This document shows positions 1 to 9,546 of a stretch of DNA of 62,070 bases, in pieces. Below the pieces are notes generated by a model. The model was not told the origin of the DNA. It was given only the letters and a program-made list of their open reading frames with translations, and made no database searches. The stretch comes from Deltaproteobacteria bacterium (GTDB lineage: Bacteria > Myxococcota_A > UBA9160 > UBA6930). Where the stretch lies: positions 1 through 62,070 of the forward strand of contig JAFDCZ010000002.1 of assembly GCA_019312665.1 (NCBI GenBank), in the 5' to 3' direction. A program made the position numbers and the translations under genes. How positions within the stretch are numbered: position 1 is the stretch's first letter; the number at the start of each line of letters is the position of its first letter.

Positions 1-1351
1 CGTAGCCCCTCACAGCCGTGAAAGACCTCCAGGCCGGGCGGAGCGCTCGTCTCGAAATCGTTGGCCTCGAAACAATTCCCGGTGCTCGAGGGGCCCGCGA
101 GGGCGAGATCCGCCCGACCGGAACGCCTGATGATGTTCTTCCGGATTACATTGTCCGTGGCAGGCCAGAAATTTTCGTGTTGATTGGGCGTGACGAGAAT
201 TCCGTGATCCCGATGACCCACGACCAGGTTCCGCTCGACCACATTCTCCACGCCACCCGCGAGGACAATGCCCGTCCCGATCACGGGCCAGGTCAACGGA
301 AGCGTCGGAGCCTCCGGATTGCCGTTGGCCACGACGAGGTTGGCAACGATCGTCGATCTCCGTTCCGGCGGAAGAAGCTCTGAATCCAGGGTATTCGGTC
401 CGATTCCCGCGATGTTGTGTCTCCAGATCGAGCTCACGATGTAGCGTGGCGGATCACCATCCTGCAGGGCTGACACTGCCCGACATAGAAGCCGGAATCC
501 GGGGAGCCCGAGGCCCATGAGTGTTCGAACAGGCCGTCGGTCGAATCGAACGCATAGACGCCATACAGCCCGTTGTTGTAGGCCGTCAGGTAGGACGCCC
601 GATAGCCGGTGATCCCGGTCCAGAAAAATCCGTTCTGGACGGCATTTCGGGCAGTCATGTTCTCGACGGCCACACCGTCTGCAAGGACGAGCACGCCATT
701 GCCGCGCAAGAATTCGCCGTCGATGATGACTTCGTTGCGATCGACTCCGCGAATGACCAGAGAGGGAGTCGTCACCAACACCTCTTCGCGGTAGATGCCC
801 TTGCCAACCAGCACCAGATCGCCAGGGCTGGCCGCATCCACACCCGCTTGAATGGTCGGGTAGTCGCCAGGTACGTGCCGGGTGATGCCCGAGGCCTCGG
901 CCACGGCGGTCGGGCCTGCCGCATCTGCCTCCGCGTACTCGGCATCGCCGACGACGACGACGCCTGCCATCGCAATTCCGCCGGGCGCGCCATGGAACGT
1001 GCAGAAGTATGGGAAGACTCCCTCGCCAGCGAAGGCGACGGATGCTTCCGATTCGGCGGGCATCGTGAGACTCCCGTAGTCCGCTTCCGTGGACCACGAC
1101 CAATCGTCGGCCACCGCGTTATGTGGATTGCGCCCGATGTTCACCCAACGGACACTCCCTCCGACGGGAATCCGCACGACCCGCGGATAGAACGTGTTGT
1201 CGTACATATCGACACGGGCTGAAACCGAATCCTGCGCTGCAACCTGCCGTTCCTCGGAGGCACCACATCCCGGCAAGGTGAACAAGGCGCCGCCGAGAAT
1301 CGCCGCCAGTATGAACTTCCGCGAGTCCTGACGGACGAGAGGCTTCGTCAT
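1..1351 (-). pseudogene. Cupredoxin (type-1 Cu) + right-handed beta-helix lipoprotein, frameshifted at ~444; runs off the window edge
   Basis: Lipobox LPGC; type-1 Cu ligands PHN...YFCTFHGAPGGIAM; beta-helix start VPGDYPTIQAGVDAA. The ORF stops at 434, but another frame from 443 down to the edge is open and reads YIVSSIWRHNIAGIGPNTLDSELLPPE...NVVERNLVVG...GNCFEAN, which continues the beta-helix. Confidence 0.8.
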
Positions 1352-1369
1352 TGGATCTCCTTGGAGCGA

Positions 1370-1420
1370 TCCCGCCTGCGGCCGACGCGGGCGGGAAATC
1401 TCTGCAGTAGTACATTACCA
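1370..1420. promoter_or_regulatory. Candidate bidirectional -10 promoter plus 5'-UTR hairpin
   Basis: Top strand TACATT at 1411-1416 overlaps bottom strand TGgTAATGT at 1420-1412. There is an 11-bp imperfect stem at 1370-1380/1386-1396. Confidence 0.45.
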
Positions 1421-1524
1421 ACTCGTGACCCGAGAACGGGGAAGCAGTAGCGTCCTGCGGAGAGACAGGGGCCTTCGCGGGCATGACCCTTCCCTCGAAG
1501 CCTGGGCTGAAACGATTGGATGCC

Positions 1525-2004
1525 ATGACGACACTCCTCGAATTCATGACGGCCGCGCACCGGAGATGCGACGAAGCTCTCGCCGCTGCAGAAGGAGAGG
1601 TTTGTGGGAAGAACTGGGGCGCGGCCGCGCAGAAGTACCAGGAATTCAATGCCGCAATGGCATGCCATTTCGCCCAGGAAGAGGACGTGCTCTTCCCGGC
1701 CTTCGAGGAGGCAACCGGCATGACGGAAGGGCCGACGGCCGTGATGCGGATGGAGCACGAACAGATGCGAAGCCTGTTGGCCCAGCTCGCGAGTGCCGCT
1801 GGTGAGCAGGATTCCTCACGTTTCCTGGGGTTGTCGGAGACCCTGATGATCCTGATTCAGCAGCACAACATGAAGGAAGAGCAGATGCTCTACCCCATGT
1901 GCGACCAGAGGCTGGAAGAGATCGATGCCCTCATCGGGCGCATCGAGGCCGTGGGCAGCGACTCAGGCTTGCGCTCCCCCAAGCCCGAGGAAGGCGCTCC
2001 TTGA
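1525..2004 (+). CDS. Hemerythrin HHE cation-binding domain protein
   Basis: HRRCD, HFAQEEDVLFP, EHEQMR and HNMKEEQMLYP motifs. Start placed at ATG 1525. Confidence 0.9.
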   Translation: MTTLLEFMTAAHRRCDEALAAAEGEVCGKNWGAAAQKYQEFNAAMACHFAQEEDVLFPAFEEATGMTEGPTAVMRMEHEQMRSLLAQLASAAGEQDSSRFLGLSETLMILIQQHNMKEEQMLYPMCDQRLEEIDALIGRIEAVGSDSGLRSPKPEEGAP

Positions 2005-3326
2005 AGACCTCCGGCCTCTCGTTCGACGATATCCCGCCGCTCGACATCCCGCTTCGCTTCCACATCACGGCACCCGTCTTTGGCCTCCTCGCGGCCTTGT
2101 TCCTGTTCTGGGAAGGCCCTGAAGCCTGGATGTCCCGCTGGACCATCGGGAGCCTCGGCGCGACGCATCTGTTGACGCTTGGCTTCATGGCGATGGTGAT
2201 GATCGGATCGCTCTTTCAGCTCGTACCCGTGCTCTCGGGCCAGGCCATTCCTGCGATGAGATGGGTCGCGCCCTGGGTGCACGTGATGTTGACCGCGGGA
2301 GTCATCGTATTGACCGTCGCACTGGTTCGGCCCGACACGGTGACATTCACCGTTGCCCTTGCGCTGCTCGGGTTCGCCTTCGCCGCCTTCATTCCGCCAC
2401 TGGTCTGGCGACTGGTCCGCATCCGCGGCGCCAGCGATGCCATCTTCACGATCCGGCTGGCTGCCATCTCGCTACTGATGACGGTCGGAATGGGGATCTT
2501 CCTCTCTGTGGGCCGGGGTTGGCCAGACCTCGGAATAGCCTTTCGCAGCTGGACCGATGTCCATGTCCTGTGGGCGCTCTTTGGCTGGGTGCCACTCCTG
2601 GTGATGGGTGTGAGCTACCAGGTCATGCCGATGTTTCATGTAGCGCCAGCCTTCGATTCACGGCTTGCCCGCGGTATTCCGCTTTCGGTCTTCGTTTCAC
2701 TCCTGCTCCTGAGCCACGCCCGGAGCGATTACCTCGTTGCACCGATCGTGACCGTGCTCTGCGGCGCTCTGATGGCCTACTCCGCAACCGCCTTGCGGGT
2801 GCTGGCAAAGCGGCACCGCAAGCGAGCCGACCCCATGATCGGATTCTGGCGGACGGCGCTGATCAGCCTCGCGCTGGCGGCTGTGAGCCTCTGGTTCGCG
2901 ATGGCGACGCCCGTTCGTCTTCCCTTCCTGCGTGAGAGCGGCGCGCCCCTGCTGATCGGCATCCTGATGGTATTCGGCTTTGCGTGCTCGATGATCATCG
3001 GCATGCTGCAGAAGATCGTTCCGTTCTTGATCTTCTTGCATCTGCAGCGTCGAGCGCTTGGAAATCCTGACGCGATGTCGCAGATCCCGACGACGAACGA
3101 AGTGATCACGGACCGGGATGCCCATTGGCAGCTTCGGATCCATCTGATTGCCTGCGCCGGGATCCTTGCCGCGTTGGTGTGGCCGGCGTTCGCACGCCCG
3201 GCTGCTCTCCTGCTCGCTGCCGATTTCGGCTGGTTGTTTCGCAACCTGATTTCCGCGGCCGGCGAGTACCGCAGGCGTAGCCAGGCAATCGGACCAGCGC
3301 CCAACCTGATGGAATCCGGGGCGTAG
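2001..3326 (+). CDS. Polytopic membrane protein (~12 TM) of the hemerythrin-associated, NnrS/heme-copper-oxidase-like type
   Basis: TTG start overlaps the hemerythrin stop (TTGA). Three internal repeats: THLLTLGFMAMVMIGSLFQLVPV, HVLWALFGWVPLLVMGVSYQVMPMF, GFACSMIIGMLQKIVPF. Confidence 0.7.
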   Translation: MKTSGLSFDDIPPLDIPLRFHITAPVFGLLAALFLFWEGPEAWMSRWTIGSLGATHLLTLGFMAMVMIGSLFQLVPVLSGQAIPAMRWVAPWVHVMLTAGVIVLTVALVRPDTVTFTVALALLGFAFAAFIPPLVWRLVRIRGASDAIFTIRLAAISLLMTVGMGIFLSVGRGWPDLGIAFRSWTDVHVLWALFGWVPLLVMGVSYQVMPMFHVAPAFDSRLARGIPLSVFVSLLLLSHARSDYLVAPIVTVLCGALMAYSATALRVLAKRHRKRADPMIGFWRTALISLALAAVSLWFAMATPVRLPFLRESGAPLLIGILMVFGFACSMIIGMLQKIVPFLIFLHLQRRALGNPDAMSQIPTTNEVITDRDAHWQLRIHLIACAGILAALVWPAFARPAALLLAADFGWLFRNLISAAGEYRRRSQAIGPAPNLMESGA

Positions 3327-3349
3327 CGGGGATTCCAGGCGACGGGCGA

Positions 3350-3859
3350 CTACTCGCTCATCGCCTCCACCCGAAACTCGATCGGTGATGGGCGAACCCC
3401 GGGGACGCGTACCTCGAAGAACGCCAGCTTCTCCATGGCGTGACAAGCATTGCAGGCCTTCGTGAGATCATCGAAACCTGCCGCGAAAGCGCTCGAATCC
3501 CGGCCTGCGACGACTTCTTCCATTGCGGGTAGCGCTTCGGCCAGGAACGGCTGCGCCGATGCGGCCCGCTTCGGCCGCCGCTCGAGACCATTGTCGATGG
3601 CGAGCCGAAGCTTTCGCACCTGATAGGCGGCGCCTTCCCAATTCTGATCCTGGCCGGCCCAATAGAGTTCGGAGTACCGATAGCCGGTCTCTACCATGGC
3701 CATGTCGAACCCACGCAGCTGTTTTTCGACCTGAGCAAAACGCTCCGACGAATTCCCATGGAGCCACCCGGAAGGCGATGCCCCTCCGGCCGACCCCTGG
3801 CAGCCCGGAACCGCCGAGATCACCAGCCCAAGAATCACACCTCGAGCATTCCAATGCAT
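3350..3859 (-). CDS. Monoheme c-type cytochrome lipoprotein (C-terminal CxxCH, cytochrome c'-like helical bundle)
   Basis: Lipobox VPGC; CNACH near the C-terminus; helical sequence. Confidence 0.75.
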   Translation of the reverse strand: MHWNARGVILGLVISAVPGCQGSAGGASPSGWLHGNSSERFAQVEKQLRGFDMAMVETGYRYSELYWAGQDQNWEGAAYQVRKLRLAIDNGLERRPKRAASAQPFLAEALPAMEEVVAGRDSSAFAAGFDDLTKACNACHAMEKLAFFEVRVPGVRPSPIEFRVEAMSE

Positions 3860-3907
3860 GCTCCCGTCCCCCCCCCCTGTTGAAACTGCCTCTCTGCCCT
3901 CGCGGCG

Positions 3908-5059
3908 TCAGGCGCCCCGATCCTGGAGCCATCCGGCCACCAGGTCGCCCACGATGTCTCGTGCATTCGCAGGTTTCTGCAAGTAGTGATCCCCGGGGAT
4001 GAACTCGAGTGTCTTGTCGTCGGTGGCCAGATTGTCGTGAAGCGTATGTGCATCGACCGGGAAGACGCCGGTATCCGCCATGCTCTGAACCACCAACGAC
4101 GGAACGCGGATCCGCTCGAGGTGGGGAATCGCCCGACATTGGGAGGTTTTCAGGCTCCACATCGAGAGCCAGGTACGAATGGTGTTCGAATTGCCGATTC
4201 CGAAGGGGCTGTAGTTGAAGATCTTGGGCGGGCCCAGGTAGCAGACCCCGACTTCCCGGTCGTTCGGATCGAGGGAGCCATCGAGCAGACGCGGATCCGC
4301 CCAGGCCCGGTGCAGGTTGAAGACGCGATCCAGACATCCGGCCGCCCGAACCCGGTCCAACTCTTCGAGCGCCCGGTCCGTGATCCGGTGGTTCCTCGCC
4401 ACCTGTGCGGCCCGATAGCGCTTCATGAACTCCGCGGAATAAGGCGGACCATTTTCCGGGTTGTACATGTCGAGCGCAGGATCTACCGAGGTAGGATCCG
4501 TTTCGTCGGTGATCGACGGATCGAACCAATCCGTCAGCACCTCGGGCCGCCCGGGGTGGGCATTCGTCGACACGTAGAAGTCAGCCGGCAAGAGTTCCAA
4601 CGCCGCGTCGGATACGGGTGCGCCCAGCAGGGGCACGAGATTCGGATCGACCGCTTGGGATTGATAGGCGGCCATGAGTGAGCCGCCGCCCGAGTTCCCG
4701 AGCAGCACGACGCGCTCGACGCCCGCTTCTTCCCGGAGCCAGCGTACTCCCACACCGATGTCCACCAATGCGTTGTCCAGGGTAAACGCGTATTCCAGCC
4801 CGCGGAAGCGGGTATTCCAGCCAAGGAAACCGTAGCCCCGGGCAGCCATCAACTCGCCCATGTAGTGCTCGGAGAAATCGACGTTGTAGTGCGTGGCGAT
4901 GATGGCGGTCTTGGGCTGGCTCCCCTTCCCATGGTGGTAGATGCCCTGGGTGGGCATGTAGCCGGCCCCGTTCCGACCTGCCGTCGGCGAAAGAAGAGAG
5001 ACGAAGCGCCGTTCGATCGATTCCAAAGAGGACTCCTGGGTCGTCGGCTTCAGGTTCAT
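3908..5059 (-). CDS. Alpha/beta hydrolase
   Basis: GNSGG nucleophile elbow; Asp in ADTGV; His in GDHY. Confidence 0.85.
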   Translation of the reverse strand: MNLKPTTQESSLESIERRFVSLLSPTAGRNGAGYMPTQGIYHHGKGSQPKTAIIATHYNVDFSEHYMGELMAARGYGFLGWNTRFRGLEYAFTLDNALVDIGVGVRWLREEAGVERVVLLGNSGGGSLMAAYQSQAVDPNLVPLLGAPVSDAALELLPADFYVSTNAHPGRPEVLTDWFDPSITDETDPTSVDPALDMYNPENGPPYSAEFMKRYRAAQVARNHRITDRALEELDRVRAAGCLDRVFNLHRAWADPRLLDGSLDPNDREVGVCYLGPPKIFNYSPFGIGNSNTIRTWLSMWSLKTSQCRAIPHLERIRVPSLVVQSMADTGVFPVDAHTLHDNLATDDKTLEFIPGDHYLQKPANARDIVGDLVAGWLQDRGA

Positions 5060-5757
5060 TCGGCCCCGCCCTCGCGTTCCAGGCCAGGCTCGGCCATCGC
5101 GAACATGCTCCGATACAGAACACGCGCCATCGTTTCGATCGCAATCTCGTCGGGCAGGGAGACGCGATCCGCCTCGCCTCCTTCGATCAGCCAGACATAA
5201 CAGAAGTAGTCCATCATCGAACCCAATGCCGATGCCATGGCATCGGGCTCCGGGTTTTGCGCCAGGCCCGCCCGATCGAGAGCACGGATTCCGGCTGCGA
5301 TCTTCTTACGCGCATCGAAGCGGATCTCCCGCCAGCGCTGTGCGAAACGCTCATCCAGCATCGAGGCCTGGAAAATGGCCGCCAGCTCTGCCGAGTGTGC
5401 CCTGCAACTACTCCAATGGACGGCACACATGTCTCGAATCACGTCGTAGGGCTCGGCCCGAGTCAAATCGAGCTCGGTCAGGCGAGCATCGATCTCCGCC
5501 TTGAAATCCTCCGCCATCTGCTCCAGCACCTCTTCCTTGTTGGCGAAGTAGGTATAGAAGGAGCCCAACGCGCGGCCTGCTTCCCGGGTGATGTCTGCGA
5601 TCTTGGTGTTCGCGTAGCCTTGGCGCTGGAAAAGCAGACGGGCGGCTGCCAGAAGCGCCGCTCTGCTTCGAACGCCACGAGCCGTCAACAACGTGCCGTC
5701 CGCCGGAAGATCAGACGTGTCCGCTTGCCCCGATGTCATCGGTTCCCCGCTGCCCAC
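5056..5757 (-). CDS. TetR/AcrR family regulator
   Basis: HTH GYANTKIADITREAGRALGSFYTYFANKE. 4-bp overlap with the hydrolase. Start may be ATG 5739. Confidence 0.92.
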   Translation of the reverse strand: MGSGEPMTSGQADTSDLPADGTLLTARGVRSRAALLAAARLLFQRQGYANTKIADITREAGRALGSFYTYFANKEEVLEQMAEDFKAEIDARLTELDLTRAEPYDVIRDMCAVHWSSCRAHSAELAAIFQASMLDERFAQRWREIRFDARKKIAAGIRALDRAGLAQNPEPDAMASALGSMMDYFCYVWLIEGGEADRVSLPDEIAIETMARVLYRSMFAMAEPGLEREGGAE

Positions 5758-5766
5758 GACGAGGAC

Positions 5767-6318
5767 CTAGACGAGCTTCCCGATGGATTCCTCTTTTCGC
5801 GTCTCTTCCGCGATCTCACTGGCCGGCAGGCGGAGCAAGCGCAGGGCTTCCTCCTCGGTCTGTTCGAAGCCCTCCGCGTCCGTCGTGACGCAGAACTCCA
5901 CCATGATGCCGTTGGGATCCATCGTATAGATGGACGTGCACCAGCCGTGATCGATCTGCATGATTTGCTCGATGCCCCGCTCATGCATCCGCTTGGTCAT
6001 GGCTTCGAGTTCTTCCAGCGTATCGAGGCGGAAGGCGATGTGATTCGCCCAGGGCGGAAGCCCGAGACCCGTCGAGATCTCGGTCTTGAAATCCGGCTCT
6101 TCGCCTACTCCTTCGACCAGGAAGAAGGCAATGGCCTCACCGCCTCCCATGCCGAAGAAGAAGTGTCGAAAGTAGCCATCGCCCTGCCGGTGGTTTTCGG
6201 TGCGGAGCAGCGGCATGCCGAGCTTCTGCGTATAGAACTCGTAGGTCGCTTCGGCGTCGCGGGTCGTATAGGCGACGTGGTGGACACTCTTCGACCGGAG
6301 AACGTGGCGACTCGGCAT
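5767..6318 (-). CDS. VOC/glyoxalase family protein
   Basis: HHVAY...FY...LG, NHIAF and SIYTMDPNGIMVEF motifs. Confidence 0.9.
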   Translation of the reverse strand: MPSRHVLRSKSVHHVAYTTRDAEATYEFYTQKLGMPLLRTENHRQGDGYFRHFFFGMGGGEAIAFFLVEGVGEEPDFKTEISTGLGLPPWANHIAFRLDTLEELEAMTKRMHERGIEQIMQIDHGWCTSIYTMDPNGIMVEFCVTTDAEGFEQTEEEALRLLRLPASEIAEETRKEESIGKLV

Positions 6319-6362
6319 GATCTTGCCTCCATGGGCCCGCCGCGGATTCGAGCGGTCCTGGA

Positions 6363-6413
6363 AGCCTAGTTCGACCTGAATCCAGATTCAATTCAATCTG
6401 ACAGAAGATTCAA
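6363..6413 (-). promoter_or_regulatory. Sigma70 promoter of the VOC-TetR-hydrolase operon with overlapping palindromic operators
   Basis: -35 TTGAAT (6391-6386), 17-bp spacer, -10 TAGGCT (6368-6363). Palindromes TGAATC-CA-GATTCA (6377-6390) and CAGATT-N6-AATCTG (6383-6400). Confidence 0.65.
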
Positions 6414-6414
6414 C

Positions 6415-7107
6415 TCACTCCACCAATTCGATCGGCCGCCAGACCTCGAAATCGTGATAGCGATGGGTATCGAAGCTCTGAACTTTCTCGAACCCCGCTT
6501 CCCGAAGCTCGCCGAAGCGTTGCTCGTGGGAGAACTTGTGGTCGGCCGGAGGCCCGACCGGCAGGTCTCCGGGCTTGAACTCCAGGATCGCGAGCTGGCC
6601 CCCCTCGCTCAGGTCGGCTCGAAGCCCGCGCAGGTAGGCGACGCGGTCATCGAGGTGGTGATAGGTATCGACGATGAAGATCCAGTCGATCCCGCGCGGA
6701 GGAAGGTGAGGATCCGAGTAGGACGCCAGCACAGGAATGACGTTGTCGATACCTTCGGCGAGCAGGCGCTCGCGCAGCGCATCGAGTTGGCGCGGCTCCA
6801 CATCGACCGCGTACACGAGCCCCTGCGTGAGGTGCCGAGCAAGAGGAATCGCAACGATGCCCGGCCCCACTCCGATGTCCGCAACCACCGCTGTCGGTTC
6901 CAGCTCGAGTCTCTGAATGACGCCCTCGGGATCCAGCTCGCGAACCCGGCTCTCGGTCTGGAGCCGCTGAATGTACGTCTCGACGCTTCGAGGGCCGTGC
7001 CGGTCCCTGTTTTCCGGAGCACCCCCACCAGGGAGCGACCCACAGCCCATGGAAGCCAGGATGAGAACAGACAGAAACACCACGTTGCGAGCGGTCAGGG
7101 AATTCAT
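6415..7107 (-). CDS. Class I SAM-dependent methyltransferase with a lipoprotein signal
   Basis: VADIGVGPG motif I; VYAVDVE; DTYHH. N-terminal hydrophobic stretch ending SMGC. Confidence 0.85.
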   Translation of the reverse strand: MNSLTARNVVFLSVLILASMGCGSLPGGGAPENRDRHGPRSVETYIQRLQTESRVRELDPEGVIQRLELEPTAVVADIGVGPGIVAIPLARHLTQGLVYAVDVEPRQLDALRERLLAEGIDNVIPVLASYSDPHLPPRGIDWIFIVDTYHHLDDRVAYLRGLRADLSEGGQLAILEFKPGDLPVGPPADHKFSHEQRFGELREAGFEKVQSFDTHRYHDFEVWRPIELVE

Positions 7108-7156
7108 CGAAGCCTCCGAGATCTCGAGCGGACTGGATCGAGCAACGACGCTCTCG

Positions 7157-7714
7157 TCAATCGCTCAAGAACGCTCGAACGGCGTCGGCGATCGGCTGCT
7201 TGGTGATCCCGGCTCGCCGCCCGACTTCGATCGCATCATCAGCGCTCATTCCGTGGGCGCCCGCCAGGTGGGTCGCAAGCCAGCCGCCGACACGATTGGA
7301 ACTTGCGCAATGCACGAGAATCTCTTCGCCATGGTGTTGCTTCACGAGGGTTTCGATCTCGGCGAACGCCGCCTTGTCGAAGGGCACACCACGCACCGGC
7401 ACGTTGTAGTAGGTCATCCCCAACGCCTCGACCGCCGACTTCTCGTCCCAGGCGTGCTCCGAGGGGTCGCGAAGATTGATCACCACGCTGACGCCTTCGG
7501 CCTTCGCCTTCTCCATCCCCGCCTGATCGGGTTGGCCGGCAAAATAGAGATGGCTCAGATGAGTGACGTTGGAGACGCTGCCCCATGTGACCGGGCCCTC
7601 CACCTGATCCGGCGAGAAGGTTCCTTCGCCAAATGCGCCCACGCACAACCCGAGGCTCGTGATCGCGATCAGTGCAGCCCGGGTGTATCGGGTGATTTGG
7701 GGATTCGGGTTCAT
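7157..7714 (-). CDS. Exported DUF442/Blh-like sulfurtransferase/phosphatase-fold protein
   Basis: AGQP, VINLR and HCASSNR active-loop motifs; signal peptide. Start placed at ATG 7714. Confidence 0.8.
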   Translation of the reverse strand: MNPNPQITRYTRAALIAITSLGLCVGAFGEGTFSPDQVEGPVTWGSVSNVTHLSHLYFAGQPDQAGMEKAKAEGVSVVINLRDPSEHAWDEKSAVEALGMTYYNVPVRGVPFDKAAFAEIETLVKQHHGEEILVHCASSNRVGGWLATHLAGAHGMSADDAIEVGRRAGITKQPIADAVRAFLSD

Positions 7715-7805
7715 GACAACCTCGTCGTTGGTGATGATCGGCTCTTCGCTCGAACTGGCGAGTCTAGAAAAACTCTCGAGACAGGGGAGCCGGAGGCCCC
7801 TTCCT

Positions 7806-8333
7806 TCAATTGCGCGCCTCGCAATGCGCGCGAATCGCCTCGAGGGAGTGCCGGACCACGGACGCGGCGGTCGGACGTCCAATCCATCGGGTGAGCAAGC
7901 CACCGAGCAGCGAAACTTCACTCCACAGCACGAGCTTCGCGGTCAGCCGCGTCCCCGCAACTCCCCCTTCCCGCGCGACCTCGTGGAGGCTGTAGGTCTC
8001 GTCGAAACAGAAGGGCCCCAGGCGGATGAGCGAGCGGAAGGTCCGCTGCTCGACCACCTCAACCGGAAAATCGCGGAGGGTCAGGCGAAGCGGCCCCAGC
8101 TCGTAGCGCCAGCGGGTCGCCTGCCCCGGCTGCGGGTAGTCGCGCGCGATCTCGAGGGGGCGCACCACTCCGGTATCCCAGAGCACGACTTCCGACGGAT
8201 CCGTCAGGGCGCGCCAGACCCGAGCGGCGTCCGCCGCGATCTCGACGGTCTCCGAGAACTCGACCGCACCTTCGGCGGGGGCTTCCGGCGGGGCGAATGC
8301 CCTGGCGTTCATTGGATCCTTCTTTGCCTCCAT
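7806..8333 (-). CDS. SRPBCC (START-like) family protein
   Basis: ETVEIAADAARVWRALTDPSEVVLW signature. Start uncertain (8312, 8333 or 8351). Confidence 0.75.
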   Translation of the reverse strand: MEAKKDPMNARAFAPPEAPAEGAVEFSETVEIAADAARVWRALTDPSEVVLWDTGVVRPLEIARDYPQPGQATRWRYELGPLRLTLRDFPVEVVEQRTFRSLIRLGPFCFDETYSLHEVAREGGVAGTRLTAKLVLWSEVSLLGGLLTRWIGRPTAASVVRHSLEAIRAHCEARN

Positions 8334-8458
8334 CCGGTCCGGACCGAGCAACGTACACGATAGAACTCCCTCTCGACTCCGAACGGATCCCTGCGGCCGC
8401 CGTGCGCTTGCCCGGGATCGGTGCCAGAGTTCGTTTCGAGAGTGAAATGGAGGCAGCC

Positions 8459-8764
8459 TTGATCATCATCACTTCGACGATTCAGACCCCCCCGGAGTAC
8501 TTCGCTCCGGCCATCGAACAAGCAAGAAAACACGTAGCCGCCTCCCGCCTGGAAGAGGGCTGCCTGAGTCATCAATACTTCGTCGATCCCGAGCACGAAC
8601 ACACGATCGTCTTCCTGGAGCGCTGGCGGGATCAGGCTGCGATCGACCACCACTTCGGCGAGCCCACTTCGAGAGAACTCGTGGAGAACTTCCAGGCGTG
8701 GTGCCCGGGCAGCCTCGAGCTCGAGTTCCATCACGTCGAATCGAGTCACCAGCTCTCAGTGTAG
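8459..8764 (+). CDS. ABM/putative quinol monooxygenase
   Basis: SRLEEGCLSH...VFLERWRDQAAIDHH. GGAGG 5 nt before TTG 8459. Confidence 0.85.
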   Translation: MIIITSTIQTPPEYFAPAIEQARKHVAASRLEEGCLSHQYFVDPEHEHTIVFLERWRDQAAIDHHFGEPTSRELVENFQAWCPGSLELEFHHVESSHQLSV

Positions 8765-8829
8765 GCGCTTCCGCATTTCAGGAGGGTTCCCGACGAAGCC
8801 TGTCGCGAAGACGAGCCTGGAGAACGAGC

Positions 8830-9546
8830 ATGTCCGAGGAAATCGAGTTCGAGGCGGGAACAAACGAAAAGATGCGCGGCTTCCTGGCGCTTCCGGAGGC
8901 CGCCGAACAGCCGGCCCCTGCGCTGCTCGTGATTCACGAGATCATCGGGCTCGGCGATGACATGCGAAGCATCACGGAGCGGTTTGCAGAGGCAGGCTAT
9001 GTCGCGCTCGCACCCAACCTCTACAGCGGGTCGGGGCCCCGCCCGCTCTGCGTGATGCGAACCCTTCGAACACTCGCCAAACGCGAAGGCCCGGCACTCG
9101 CATCCCTCGAATCGGCACGCGCCTGGCTCGCGGAGCGGCCCGAAGTCGACGCGAGCCGGATCGGCGTGGCGGGCTTCTGCATGGGCGGAGGGTTCGCGCT
9201 GATGCTTGCGGTTCGTGCCCCTCTCGGGGCCGCGGCAGTCTTCTACGGAGACGTCCCCAAGCGCGCGGAAGACCTCGACGGCACATGCCCGGTGGTGGGC
9301 GGCTTCGGCGCACGGGACCGCGTGTTCGGACCGGCCGGCGAACGACTCAAGGGGATGCTCGACGAGCTGGGCGTCGACCACGACGTGGTCCTGTATCCAG
9401 AAGCGGGGCATAGCTACATGAGCCACCACGGGCCCATTCTGAGCCGGCTAGGCGCTCTGTCGCCGATGCGCACCGGCTACGACGACGAGGCGGCCCGCGA
9501 TAGTTGGCGGCGGATGCTGGCGTTCTTCAACCGCCATCTCGGTTGA
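8830..9546 (+). CDS. Dienelactone hydrolase family protein
   Basis: HEIIG, GFCMGG and YPEAGHSY motifs. Confidence 0.92.
   Translation: MSEEIEFEAGTNEKMRGFLALPEAAEQPAPALLVIHEIIGLGDDMRSITERFAEAGYVALAPNLYSGSGPRPLCVMRTLRTLAKREGPALASLESARAWLAERPEVDASRIGVAGFCMGGGFALMLAVRAPLGAAAVFYGDVPKRAEDLDGTCPVVGGFGARDRVFGPAGERLKGMLDELGVDHDVVLYPEAGHSYMSHHGPILSRLGALSPMRTGYDDEAARDSWRRMLAFFNRHLG

Noticed and set aside
434-436. TGA ending the cupredoxin ORF as a possible Sec codon
   Set aside because: The homologous continuation is in a different frame, so this is a frameshift, not read-through.
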